DNA of 64,000 nt from the human T2T-CHM13v2.0 reference genome, Homo sapiens. A program made the position numbers and the translations under genes. A model generated the notes under the pieces. That model had not been told where the DNA came from. It was given only the letters and a program-made list of their open reading frames with translations, and made no database searches. The number at the start of each line of letters is the position of its first letter. Position 1 is the stretch's first letter. Shown piece by piece: positions 24,201 through 37,000 of the stretch. Location of the stretch: NCBI RefSeq assembly GCF_009914755.1, contig NC_060934.1. One strand, written 5' to 3'.

Positions 24201-24960
24201 TAGTGAATCACTAGGGGTGATGGTGGGTGGTGCCACTTCCACTTCCACCCCCTGATTCCTGGACTTGTGAATCCTGGCTATGGGAGAAACAGTACCATAT
24301 ATTGGACACTGATTCAGAGCATACATGGCCTTCCGGAGAACTTTGCCCCAGCCCTGAAAATTATTGTCACCTAGTTGGCGTTGTAATTGTGACTTCAAAA
24401 GGCCATACCACCATTCTATCAATCCAGCTGCTTCAAGATAATGTGGAACATGGTAAGGCCAGTGAAATCCATGAGCATGAGCCCACTGCCGCACTTCTTT
24501 AGCTATAAAGTAAGTGCCTTGGTCAGAAGCAATGGTGTGTGTGGAATACCATGACGGTGGAAAAGGCATTCTGTGAGTCCACGGATGGTAGTCTTGGCAG
24601 AAGCATTGTGTGTAGGATAGGCAAACTCATATCTAGAGTGTCTATTCCAGTGAGGACAAATCTCTGTGCTTTCAATGATGGAAATATAAGCAACCTGCCA
24701 ATGAGTAGCTGGCTGATCTCCCCTAGGAATGGTGCCATATTGAAGGTTCAGTGCTGGTCTCTGCTGTTGGCAAATTGGGCGCTCAGCAGTGGCTGTAGCC
24801 AGGTCAGCTTTGGTGAGTGGAAGTCCATGTTGCTGAGCCCATGTGTAATCTCCATCCCTGCCACCGTGGCCACTTTGTTCATGGGCCCATTGGGCGATGA
24901 CAGAGGTGGCTGGGGAAACAGGCGGAGTGGTGTCCACAAAATGAGTAATCCTATCCACTT
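24200..24960 (-). pseudogene. HERV-L integrase remnant (frameshifted)
   Basis: WAHEQSGHGG...ERPICQQ (HHCC with C to R); WQVAY (first catalytic D lost); SDQG; GLIEWWYG. Confidence 0.9.
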
Positions 24961-26770
24961 AATTATTAAAATCCTCATCTGCTGAGTTCACCCTTTGGTG
25001 AGCACTCACATGGGATACAAATATCTTCACAGTTTTTGACCACTCAGAGAGGTCCATCCACATACCTCTTCCCCAAATTTCTTTGTTACCAAGTTTCCAA
25101 TCATGCTTCCTCCAAGTCCCTGACCATCCAGCCAAATCATTGGCTACAGCCCATGAATCAGCAAATAATCTCACATCTGGTCATTTCTTCTTCCATGCAA
25201 AGTGCACAACCATGTGCACTGCTCAGAGTTCTGCCCACTGGGAAGATTTCCCTTCACCACTGTCCTTCAGGGATGTCCTAGAAAGGGGCTGTAGTGCTGC
25301 AGCTGTCCACTTTTGGGTGGTGCCTGCATATCATGCAGAACCATCTGTGAACCAGGCCCTAGTCTTCTCATCCTCTGTCAACTGATCATAGAGAATTACC
25401 CATGAGGCCACTGGTGCAGGCAGGGGAGAGAAGGAAGGGTGCCAGGAGTAGATACCATGGGCATTTGAGCCACTTCCTCTGAAACTTAGTTGTGCCTTCA
25501 GCACCTGCTCGAGCTCAATCACATATATACCACTTCCATTCGATGATGGAATGCTGCTGTGCATGACCCACTTTATGACTAGATGGGTCATAAAGCATCC
25601 AGTTCATGAAAGGCAGTTTAGGTCACATGGTGACTTGATGACCCATAGTCAAACGTTCAATTTGCACCAAAGCCCAGTAACAGGCCAAGGGCTGTCTCTC
25701 AAAAGGAGAGTAGTTATCTGAAGAAAATGGTAGAGCTTTGCTCCAAAATCCTAGAGGCCTCTTCTGTGATTCACCTTTGGGGGCCTCCCAAAGGCTCCAA
25801 ACAGCATCCCTATCTGCCACTGACACCTCAAGCATCATTGGATCTGCTGGGCCATATGGCCCAAGTGGCAGAGCAGCTTGCACAGCAGCCTGGACCCATT
25901 GCAGACCCTTCTCCTGTTCTGGACACCACCCAAAACCGGCAGCCTTTCAGGACACTTAATAAATGGGTCCGAATAACACACCCACATCAGGAATGTGTTG
26001 CCTCCAAAATCCAAGTAGGCCCACTAGGAGTTGTGCCTCTTTCTTGTTTGTAGGCGGGGCCAAATGCTGCAACTTATCCTTCACCTTAGAAGGAAAATAT
26101 CAACAGGACCCACACCACTGGATCCCTAGAAATTTTACTGAGGTAAAGGGCCCTTGAATTTTAGTCAGATTTATTTCCCATCCTCTTGCACACAGTAAGT
26201 CCAATGTGTCTCACCAATAAGTCCAGTGTGTCTGCTACTTCTTGTTCACTGGATCCAATCAGCATAATATCATCAATGTAATGGACCAGTGTGATATCTT
26301 GTGGAAGCAAAAAAGCCATCAAGGTCTCTTCGAACAAGATTATGACACAAAGCAAGAGAGTTAATATACCCCTGAGGTAGGAGAGTAAAGGTATATTGCT
26401 GGCCTTGCCAGCTGAAGGTGAATTGCTTCTGGTGGGCCTTATGGACAGAAATGGAGAAAAGGGCATTTGCCAAATCAATGGCTGCATACCAGGTACCAGG
26501 GGATGTGTTCATTTGCTTAAGCAATGAAAGCACATCTGGTACAGCAACTGCAATTGAAGTCACCACTTGGTTAAGCTTATAATTAACCAAGATCCATCTG
26601 TCTTCTGCACAGGCCAAATAGGAGAGTTGAATGGGGATGTGATGTGAATCACCACTCCTGCGTCTTTCAAGTCCTTGATGGTGGCACTAATCTCCACAAT
26701 CTTTCCAGGGATGTGATATTGTTTTTGATTTACTATTTTTCGAGGTAGAGCAGCTCTAACAGTTTCCATT
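24960..26770 (-). pseudogene. HERV-L reverse transcriptase / RNase H remnant (multiple frameshifts)
   Basis: SPFNSPIWPVQK, AIDLANA, LPQGY, LVHYIDDIML (YIDD at 26269-26280), ADRDAVW, WFTDGSA and DSWAVAN spread over several ORFs. Confidence 0.92.
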
Positions 26771-27110
26771 TGGCCTTTCCCACCATAATGGCCCTCACCC
26801 TACTAGTCATGGAGCCAATGTGGGGGTTGTGCCAGGTGCTAAGTACGTCTATGCAAATTATGCATTCTGGCACTGGGGAAATGACCACAGGATGAGTCCA
26901 GGGACTCACTGGACCCACTGTAAGTTGGACCTGAGCTAAAAATCCATTAATTACCCGACCTCCATAAGCCTCTAGTTTAACTGGAGGACCACCATGATGT
27001 TTGGGGTGCCCTGGAATCAATGTCAGCTGAGTCAGTGTCCAGTAGTTTCTGAAATGTCTGATAATTTCCCTTTACCCAATGCAGTTACCCTGGTAAAAGG
27101 CTGGAGGTCT
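26733..27110 (-). pseudogene. HERV-L aspartic protease remnant
   Basis: cta ctg gac act gac at 27045-27031 reads LLDTD (DTG mutated), followed by a frameshift, then IPG...ECIICIDVL. Confidence 0.8.
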
Positions 27111-27196
27111 CCTTGGGGAAAGATGGGAGAAAGATTAACAGCATAAATTGTCGGTAGTGTATTGGGGTCCTTCCTCAAGGGGACCTAGCCTCCCCT

Positions 27197-28900
27197 TCAT
27201 TCAAGGGGTTCTGGGTCTGTAAACTGGCTTAAGTCTGGAAATTGATTGAGGGGATGTGGTTCTCTGTTTTTATGATTCAAATTAGTGTTTTGTCCACTCG
27301 ACCCGGAAGTTTTCTGCTTATATAAATTAAGTAGGAATGTTGTAGGTTTCCTATCAATTTCACTTCTAGGCCCTCTATGATTAATTAGCCAATGCCAGAG
27401 CTCTCCAGGAGTGAGACTATTCCGATTGCTGCTTTGCTTCCACTGTCCATTATGGTAGCTATGCCCACCTTGCCTTTGACGGTTTAGTGCTGTCACTTGG
27501 CCCCTGCCACTTCGGGATCCAATTATTCCCATTGTATTTAAATTTTGTAGTTGAATGACTGCCATTCCCACTGTTAGATCTGACATACAGAGAAGAACAA
27601 TTACAGGGCTCTTTCAAAGATGCAGGTACTGTGCTCACAAATCTATTTCACAAAGCATTGGTCAAGGGTCTATCTTCTGGACCCTCCCAGCTGGGATGAG
27701 TAGGTCTAAAGTGACTAATCCACTCCACCGTCTCACTCTCCCTAAGCCTTTGGCACCCATCCTCTACATTAAACCAAGGGAGATCAGGTATTTCCAGCTC
27801 ACTCACAGTGGGCCATCTTTTAATCCATATTTCAGCTAACAAGCAAATAAATGATTAGAAACACTTTTATCTCCCCAAGCTGCAACATTAAATGCAGAAT
27901 CCTTGCTTAGTGGGCCCAAATCAATAAATTCAGCCTGATCCATCTCTGTTCTTTCCACCATTATCCCGTACCCTTAATATCCATTCCTATGTCTGTTTTC
28001 CAGATTTCTGCTTCTATAAATTAGAAAACTCAAGCACTTCTTTTCAAGTGTGGGTCACGCTCTGAACTTCACCTCTAGAGGCCTGCCAGGACTTTAGTCT
28101 AGTTATAAGTCTAGAAGCAAACAGGAGTGTTAGAGGTGGCTCCTGAAGAAAATCAACATTATCCTGCCTGGCACCTGCCTCAGGGGAGGCTATCCTTCTT
28201 GCCTTAGTAAGCACAGAGTTTATCTCCTCGGACAAAAGTGGAAAGGCTGATGGCAGCGTGGGTCAGGGAGGGGATGTTGCCACTACTGGGGGTGGGAAAG
28301 CTGTTTCTTCTGGCAAAAAAAGGTTCATCAGAGTTCACAACTCAGTATCCCCAGCTTCATCAAGGTCCTCCCACACATCCCCATTCCAAGTTGTAAGGTC
28401 CCATTTTTTCCAATCAATGTCCTCACTTTAACAGCAGACACCTGGTGAGGCTGTGCATGCACTTTTCATTGCAGGTCAGCCGCTCACATGATAAGAACTT
28501 GTGTTTGATTTTCCACAATTTTACCTCTTTCTCTACAGGAGATAAGACTCTCACTCAGCAACCTTAGCAGATTTGAGGCTCAGTATCTGCTTCTGAAGCT
28601 GGGAGTTAGAATCCCTGAGTTCATTTTCTTTCATCCCTTTTCCAGTGAACTTAGGAGCAAACAACCAACTTCATTATATTCCTTGGTTCCCCACATACAG
28701 TCAGTTATTATGTATAGAGTCACTAAACTCCTTGCCTCTCATAAGCAGTGAATCAGGAGAGTCAAATGCATTTATTTTGCATAACTCTCTAAACAGCTCA
28801 TGCCAAGGACTCTCAGTGTTCTCCATGCTATTAGAAGTAGAGTCCTTAGCATTTTTTAGTTTAATCATATTAAGCAGCGAACTCCAGAAACCCTAAAAGC
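27197..28900 (-). pseudogene. HERV-L gag remnant (fragmented)
   Basis: Fragments KRWPTVSELEIPDLPWFNVEDG and QLQNLNTMGIIGSR...LWHWLINH resemble ERV-L Gag. Confidence 0.85.
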
Positions 28901-28940
28901 ACAAAAAGAACTCCATCCTTAATATTCTGTTCCTCTAGAA

Positions 28941-28955
28941 CCACTCCTGTATCAA
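28941..28955 (-). promoter_or_regulatory. Degenerate tRNA-Leu primer-binding site
   Basis: Minus strand reads tgatacaggagtgg just inside the 5' LTR, versus the expected tggtaccaggagtgg. Confidence 0.7.
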
Positions 28956-28959
28956 AATT

Positions 28960-29022
28960 GGCATTATTCAGGGTTCTCCATTGCATCCCTCAATCCAATC
29001 AAGTTGACACTTAACTGTCACA
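28960..29022 (-). mobile_element. Collapsed 5' LTR of HERV-L (both termini kept, ~380 bp deleted)
   Basis: attattcagggttctc is joined directly to ttgcatccctcaatccaatcaagttgacact...tcaca, followed by TSD ccaac. Confidence 0.88.
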
Positions 29023-29175
29023 CCAACCAGGACAGATAAGGACAACTTAATATTGAAACTTTCTCAGTGTGAATACTGCACTGGTTTGCCAATGATTAGA
29101 TTGGCCACTATGATGAAACTTTCTGGAACGAAATTGCCAGTCTTTCTGAAACTAAGTTAAATGGTTTTGATAAAA

Positions 29176-29568
29176 CAGTCATGTACCTTGTACCAACGTT
29201 TTAGTCAAGGACAGACTACATATATGAGGTTGTTCCATAAGATGATGATGGAGCTGAAAGTTTCTTATTGCCTAGTGACACTATAGCTGTTGTAATGTTA
29301 TAGCATCTTACATTACATTACCCTTTCTGTGTTTATATGTGTTTGGATAAACAAGTATTTACCACTGTGTTATGATTGCCAACAGTGTTCAATACAGTAC
29401 CATGCTGTACAGACTTGTAGCCTGGAGGCTGTAATGTATAGCATAGCTGTGTAGTAACCTATACCATCTAGGTAAGTACACTCTAGGATGTTCACACAAT
29501 AATGAAATCGCCTAAGGATGCATTTCTCAGAAATGCATATATCCCCATTGTTAAGTGATGCATGGTTG
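29176..29568. mobile_element. Tigger3-derived DNA transposon (Tigger3a-like)
   Basis: cagtcatg...aacgttttagtcaaggacagact...gcatttctcagaa...atccccattgttaagtgatgcatggttg|ta. Confidence 0.85.
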
Positions 29569-32137
29569 TACTTACATGATAGTATTATTTAGAGAAGTAA
29601 GTTGGGCAACACGTGAAACGTACTCAAAAGTTACGTATATTGTGGTGTTCAATAATGACTGAAATATGAATAAGTGAAATTTTATATGAATGTAGAAGCT
29701 ATATTTTTATAATCTCTCACCATGTATTCCAGATAACTTTTATAACTCCTTGAAATGTTTTGTAAAAATAATTCTGTTTGATCAATATTTCATAACATGG
29801 ATTGAGCACAATTGTTTAACCGTTCCTCTACTGTTGAAGATTTCATTTGGTTTCCAAATGTTTTACTATGCAAATACTGTATTAGCATAAATATTTTGGC
29901 CAGGTTTTGGATTTTTTCCCCTAGAAGTGAGTTATTCAACTAAAAGTATCAGTTCAAAAATGAACAATTTAGAGGCCCTTGGCACATATTTCCAAATTGC
30001 TTCATGAAAAAATTGAATAAACTTCCATTAACAAAGAGTAGATAATAGCCTCATTCATACTTGCCATCATCAAATATTATGATATTTTGTTTTGCTGATT
30101 TCATAGTAAAGATTTTATTTACTGCCAGTGATATTGAACATATTTGTATTATTAGATTTTTTGTTTTCCCTTTTTTGTCCTTTTTCAGATTTTATTATTG
30201 GTATCTGCATGTGTGATGGTTGTAAATTTCTAAATTAGGAGTTTCCTATCTTCAGTTCACAGAAATAAATTATGAGAAAATTATTATGACTTACTTTATT
30301 AGCAATAAATTCATAGATATAGAAACAAATGGAGAGATATGGAAGAAAAGAGTAAGATCTAAATGTAAATATTCTCTCTAGCTTCTAGGAATGTGGAAGC
30401 TCCTACTCCCCAGAGCCTTCCCTGTCTTAGGATTACCATAGACTTTTCAGAGGAAAGTTTGATGAGTAGCCTCCCAACAAAGTAGGGAGGAGACAAATTT
30501 TAATCTAACATCAGAAAATAAAATTGAATTATTGGGTATGGACACAGAGGATACAGTCTTGATGGAAATTTCTCATAAAAATATTTATGATTATGTAACA
30601 CAATAGATTTCAAGCACTTTCATATTCATGGTATCATTCAATATTTATAAAAATATTAGAACACAGAAAAAGAAGTGGACAGGGAATATACACAACAGTG
30701 TGAATCCATGTAGCTTTTGGAATTATGGAATATTTCATTTTTCATGTTGTGAGATGTGATGTTTCTGGAATGATAATGGCACACTAAGGAGATAAAAAGA
30801 AAAGACTGTATAGGTAAACATGAAAATGTCTTTCACTGAACCCATTGCTGTACCCTTCTCCAAGGAGAAAAAGAAGATATGGAGGGAAAATTCTTTTTTG
30901 CATTTCATAAGAGTATTAGTAGCCACGATGAATAAGCAGAGATCTGGGCCTTGGAGATCTGTACCAGTGGAAACACCTTGGTCTGATTCAGAGCATTACC
31001 TTGTAATGGCACTAGGACCAGGGGTTGCCATATCACTGCTTGGCTAATGCTAATATCAATGATGATGGGATAACTTCAACTTAATCAGGATTAAAGTTGT
31101 GTCTGTGATGGTTAACAGCAGAGAGCTGCTGAAGCAATGGCCTTTTGTTGCAGTTGGCACCTCTATGGAGCTATGGAAGCCAGTGGCCACATAGTTCTAG
31201 TTTGGCTGACTTCAAAAAAGCAGGGGAACCATAATTTTTTTCATGGACGGGGATAAGACACTCCTGGAGGGCTTCCTAAATTATCTTGGAAAGAAGAACT
31301 TTGTAAGGGCCAACGTTCCATCCAGCCAGAAGCATCAAGAGCCGTTATAATTTCAACATTGTAGTAATCATTTCACAGAGTATATGCCCAGCTAAAAATA
31401 ATGCCCTTAATTTCTTCTCTCACACACAATGGTTTATTTCAATTACCTACATTTGTGCTAAGTAGCCCCTCCTCTTGGACATGGTTGATTGGAACAGAGA
31501 GGATGTCTGACACAAACCATGCAGGTCATTGGTAATGTAAGCCAGGAAACTGTGTGCTTTCTACCTTTCATTCCCTGTGTAAACTAAATAGCAGAGAAAG
31601 CAGCTTTTCAGAGAGTGAAGAATGACACAGCCTTTTGGCTCTCTGGAATCCCAGGCTCCTGACAATTATCAGGCTCTGCTTCTGGCCTTTCATAGTTCAG
31701 CAGCACCCTGCTCTTGAAATCTAAAATATTTAGTTATCTTAAAAATCTAGGATTACAATAGCTCTAGCTGGCTCATTTTTTTGGGAAAAAAAGCAGTTCC
31801 AACTAATTATATATTAATATTAATGACATCTATTATATTTTCGTTATATCTCCATGCACTTAGGAGGTGCATGTACACATTGTGTTCATTGAATTCTTCT
31901 CTCATAAAATAGGAACCTCACCTCTTAGAATTCTTAGAATTAAGCACATGTTTTGAACATGGAAACAGTTCTCTTAAAACATTTTTTTAAATTTTTAACT
32001 CGTATGGATACATAGATATATTGATGGAGTACGTGAGTGTTTTGATACAGGCATACAATGCGTAATAATCACATAAGAGTAAGTGGAGTGTGCATAATTC
32101 CATCATCTCAAGCACTTATCCTTTCTTCATGCTATAA

Positions 32138-32447
<310 letters not shown>

Positions 32448-34058
32448 CAGTTACAGTCTTTTCATTATTTTGAAATGTACAGTAAATCATTGTTGGCTGT
32501 AATCACCTGTTGTGGGACAAAATACTAGATCTTATTCATTCTATCTAATTATATTTTTGTACCCATCAACCATCCCCATTTCCCCTGCTTCACTACCCTT
32601 CCCAGCCTCTGGTACCCATTGTTCTACGCTATATCTCCAAGAATTCAAGTGTTTTAATTTTTAGCTCCCACAAATAAGTGAGAACATGTGAAGCTTGTCT
32701 TTCTGTGCCTGGCTTATTTTATTTAACATAGTGACCTCCAGATTTGTCCATGTTGTTGCAGATAACAGCATCTCATTCTTTTTATGGCTGAATAGTACTC
32801 CATTATGTATAAGTGCCACATTTTCTTTATCCATTCACCTGTTGAAGAAAACTTAGGTTGCCTCCAAATCTTGACTATTGGGAATAGTGCTGCAATAAAC
32901 ATGGGAGTGCGAGTATCTCTTCAATATACTGATTATCTTTCTTTTGTGTATATGCTTAGCAGTGGGATTGCTGGCTCATATAAAAGTTCTATTTTTAGTG
33001 TTCTGAGGAACCTCCAAACTGTTCTCCATAGGGGTTGTACTAACTTATATTCCCACAAACAATATTCAAGAGTTCCCTTTTCTCCACACCTCCTCAAGCA
33101 TTTGCTATTGCCTGTTTTTTGGGGAAAGAAAAGCCATTTTAACTGAGATGAGATATCTCATTGTAGTTTTGATTTGCATTTCTCTGATGATCAATGATAT
33201 TGAGCATTTTTTCATACACCTGTTTGTCATTTGTGTCTTCTTTTAGGAAGTGTCTATTCAGATTTATTGCCCAATTCTAATTGGATTAGATTTTTTTTTC
33301 CTATAGAGTTGTTTGGGATCCTTATATATTCATGTTATTAATCCCTTGTCAAATGGATAGTTTGCAAATATTTTCTATGGGTTGTTTCTTCACTTTTTTT
33401 TTCTGTGCAGAAGCTTTTTAACTTAATGTGATTTCATTTGTCTATTTTTGCCTTGGTTGTTTGTGCTTGTAGGGTGTTACTCAAGAAATCTTTCCCCAGT
33501 CCAATGCCATGGAAAGTTTCCCCAGAGTTTTCTTTTAGCAGTTTCATAATTTGAGGTCTTAGATTTAAGTCTTTAATCCATTTTGACTTGATTTTTGTAT
33601 ATAGTGAAAGATAGAGGGTTTAGTTTCATTCATCTACTTATGGATATCCAGTTTTCCCAGCACTATGTATTGGAGTCTGTCCTTTCCCCAATGTATGCTC
33701 TTGGCACCTTTGTCAAAAATTAGTTTATGTAGGCGTATGGATTTGTTTCTGAGTTCTCCATTGTGTTTCATTGGTCTGTGTCTTCTTTTATACCAGTATC
33801 ATCCTGTTTTGGTTACAATAGCTCTAGTATTATTTGAAGTCAGTTAATGTAATTCCTTCAGCTTTGTTCTTTTTACTCAGTTTAGCTTTGGCTATTGTGG
33901 GTCTTCTGTGGATCTATATAAATTTTAGCATTTTTTTTCTATTTCTGGAAGAATATCATTGGTATTTTAAAATAGGTTACATTGGATATGTAGATTGCTC
34001 TAAGTAGTATAGACATTTTAACAATATTGATACTTACAATCCATGACCATGGAATATC

Positions 34059-34060
<2 letters not shown>

Positions 34061-34094
<34 letters not shown>
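34061..34094 (+). repeat. (GT)17 microsatellite inside L1MA ORF2
   Basis: Perfect dinucleotide run. Confidence 0.95.
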
Positions 34095-34096
<2 letters not shown>

Positions 34097-37000
34097 TCTT
34101 CAATTTCTTTCATCAATGTTATATGGTTTTCATTGTAGAGATCTTTCCTTCTTTGATAAGTTAATTTATAGTCATTTAATTATATTTGTATCTATAGTTT
34201 GAAAGTTTGTGAATGATGTCACTTTCTTGATTTGTCTTTTACATTTTTCGCCATTGGTGTATAGAAATGCTACTAATTTTTGTGTGTTGATTTTTCTTAT
34301 CCTGCAACATTACTGAATTTATTCATGAATTCTAATAGTTTTTTGGTGGTATCGTTAGGTTTTTCCAAATTTAAGATTGCATAATATGCAAACAAGGATA
34401 ATTTGACTTCATCCTTTCTAATTTGGATGCCCTTATTTCTTTCTCTTGTCTGATTGCTCTAGCGAAGACTTTCAGTTCTTTGTTCAGAAACAGTGGTGAA
34501 AGTGGGCATCATTGTTGGGTTCCAGAACTTAAAGGAAAAGCTTTCAGTTTTTCCCCATTCACTATGGTACTATCCGTCATGTACAGCTTTTATTGTGCTG
34601 AGATATCTTCCTTCTATATACAGTTTTGGGAGGGTTTTTATTATGAAAAGATGATGAACTTTATCAAATGGGTTTTCAGCATCAATTGAAATGATCATTT
34701 GGTTTTTGTTCATTATTTTGTTGATATGATGTATCACAATGATTGATTTGTACATGTTGAACATCCTCACATCCCTGTGATAAATCCCACGTGGTCAAGA
34801 TGAACGACATTTTTAATGTGTTGTTGAGCTCAGATTGCCAGTATTTTCTTGAGGATTTTTGCATCAATGTTCATCAGGAATACTGGCTTGTCATTTTCTC
34901 TTTTGATGTGTCTTTGTCTAGTATTGGTAAAAGGGAAATGTTAGCCTTGCGGAATGAGTTTGGAACTATTCCCTCCTTATCTATTTTTTGGAATAGTTTG
35001 AATAGGATTGGTGTTAGTTCTTTAAATGTTTGGTAATTTAGGTCCCAGGCTTTTCTTTGCTATGAGATTTTTTTTATTACAACTTCGATTTTGTTACTTG
35101 TTATTGGTATATTTGGGAGTTGGATTTCTTCATAGTTCAATCTTGGTAGGTTGTATGTTTCTAGGAATTTATCCATTTCTTCTTGGTTATCCAATTTATT
35201 GGCATATACTTGCTCATAGTAGCCTCTAATGAGCCTTTGAATTTCTGCAGTATTGATTGCAATGTTTCCTGTTACATCTCCTACTTTATTTTTGGGGTTT
35301 TTTCTCCTGTTTTCTTAGTCTGGTTTACTTTACAATTTTTACTTTAAAAAAAAAAACCAACTTTTCATTTCATTGATTTTTATATTGTTTTATTTATTTT
35401 AATTTCATTTATTTATTCACTAATCTTAGTATTTCTTTATTTCTACTAATGCTGGGTTTGAATTGTTCTTGCTTTTCTAGTTATTTATGATGCATTCTTA
35501 GGTTATTTGAACTTTTTCTACTTTGTTGACATAGGCACTTATAGCTATGAACTTCTCCTTTAGCACTATTTTGCTGTATCCCATGGGTTTTGGTGTTGTG
35601 TTTCCATTATCATTTGTTTCAAAAAAAGTTTTAATTTCTTAATTTCTTCATTGACCCACTGATCATTCAGGAAATTAAAATTGTTTAATTTTCATGTGCG
35701 TACACTTTCTAAAATTCCTCCTGTTATTGATTTCTAGTTTTATTCCATTGTGGTTAGAGAAGATACTTAATATAATTTCAATTTTTTGAATGTTGTAAGA
35801 CTTGTTTTGTGGCCTAACATATGATCTATCCTTGAGACTGATCCATGTGCTTAGGAAAAGAATGTGTATTCTGCAGCCATTGGATGAAATGTTCTATAAA
35901 TATCTACTAGGTCCTTTTGGTCTATAGTGCATATTAAGTCCAACGTTTCTTTGTTAAATTTCTGTCTGGATGATCTGTCCAATGCTAAAAGTGTGATGTT
36001 GAACTCTCCAGCTATTACTGTATTAAGGTCTGTATCTCTCTTTAGCTGTAATAATATTTGCTTTACATATGTATGCTCCAGTGTTAGGTGCATATATATT
36101 TACTGTTGTTTTATCATGTTGCTGAATTGACCCTTTTGTCATTATATAATGACCTTCTTTGTTTCTTTTTATAGTGTGTGTCTTGAAATCTATTTTGTCT
36201 GACATAAGGATAGCTACTTCTGCTCTTTTTTTGGTTTCCATTGGCATGGAATATCTTTTTCCATTCTTTTATTTTCAGTCTATGTGTGTCTTTATAGGTG
36301 ATGTGTGTTTCTTGTCAGCAATAGATGCCTGAGTCTTGTTTTATTTTTTTTAAATCTATCCAGCCACTCTGTCTTTTGAATGGAAAGTTTAGTCTATTTA
36401 CAATCAATGTTATTACTAATAAGTAATGATTTACTCCTGCCATATTGTTATTTGTTTTCTAGTTGTTTTGTGGTCTTTCTTCTATCCTTCTTCCCTGCCC
36501 TATTTTTAATGAAGGTGATTTTCTGTTGTGGTATGTTTTAAGTTCTTGCTTTTTATTTTTTGTATATTTCTTATATGTTTTTTGATTTGAGGTTATCATG
36601 AGACTTGTAAATAATATCTTACAAACTATTATTTTAAACTGATGACAACTTGACACTGCTTGCATAAACATACCACAAGAAAAGCAAAGAAAAATATAAT
36701 TCAAACTTTTTTTTCCCCCACTTCTTAAAGTTTGTTGTTTCTATTCATATCTTATTACTATAGTTTCTATTCATTCCTATTACTGTGTGTGTCTTGAAAC
36801 GTTGTTTTAGTCATTATTTTTGATTGGTTCATCTTTAATCTTTCTACTCATGACATTAGTAGTGTACATGTCACAATTGCAATATTATAATTTTCTGTGT
36901 TTCTCTGTGCATTTACTATTACCAATGAGTTTTGTACTTTCAGATGATTTCTTATTGCTCATTAATGTTCTTTTCTTTCAGATTGATGAACTCCCTTTAG

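Larger units (their letters stand above)
22904..29022 (-). mobile_element. HERV-L (ERVL) provirus with near-full-length internal region
   Basis: 5-bp TSD ccaac at 22899-22903 and 29023-29027; MLT2A-type LTR ends on both sides; ~5.6 kb internal region with gag, protease, RT (YIDD), RNase H, integrase and dUTPase remnants; no env. Confidence 0.95.
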
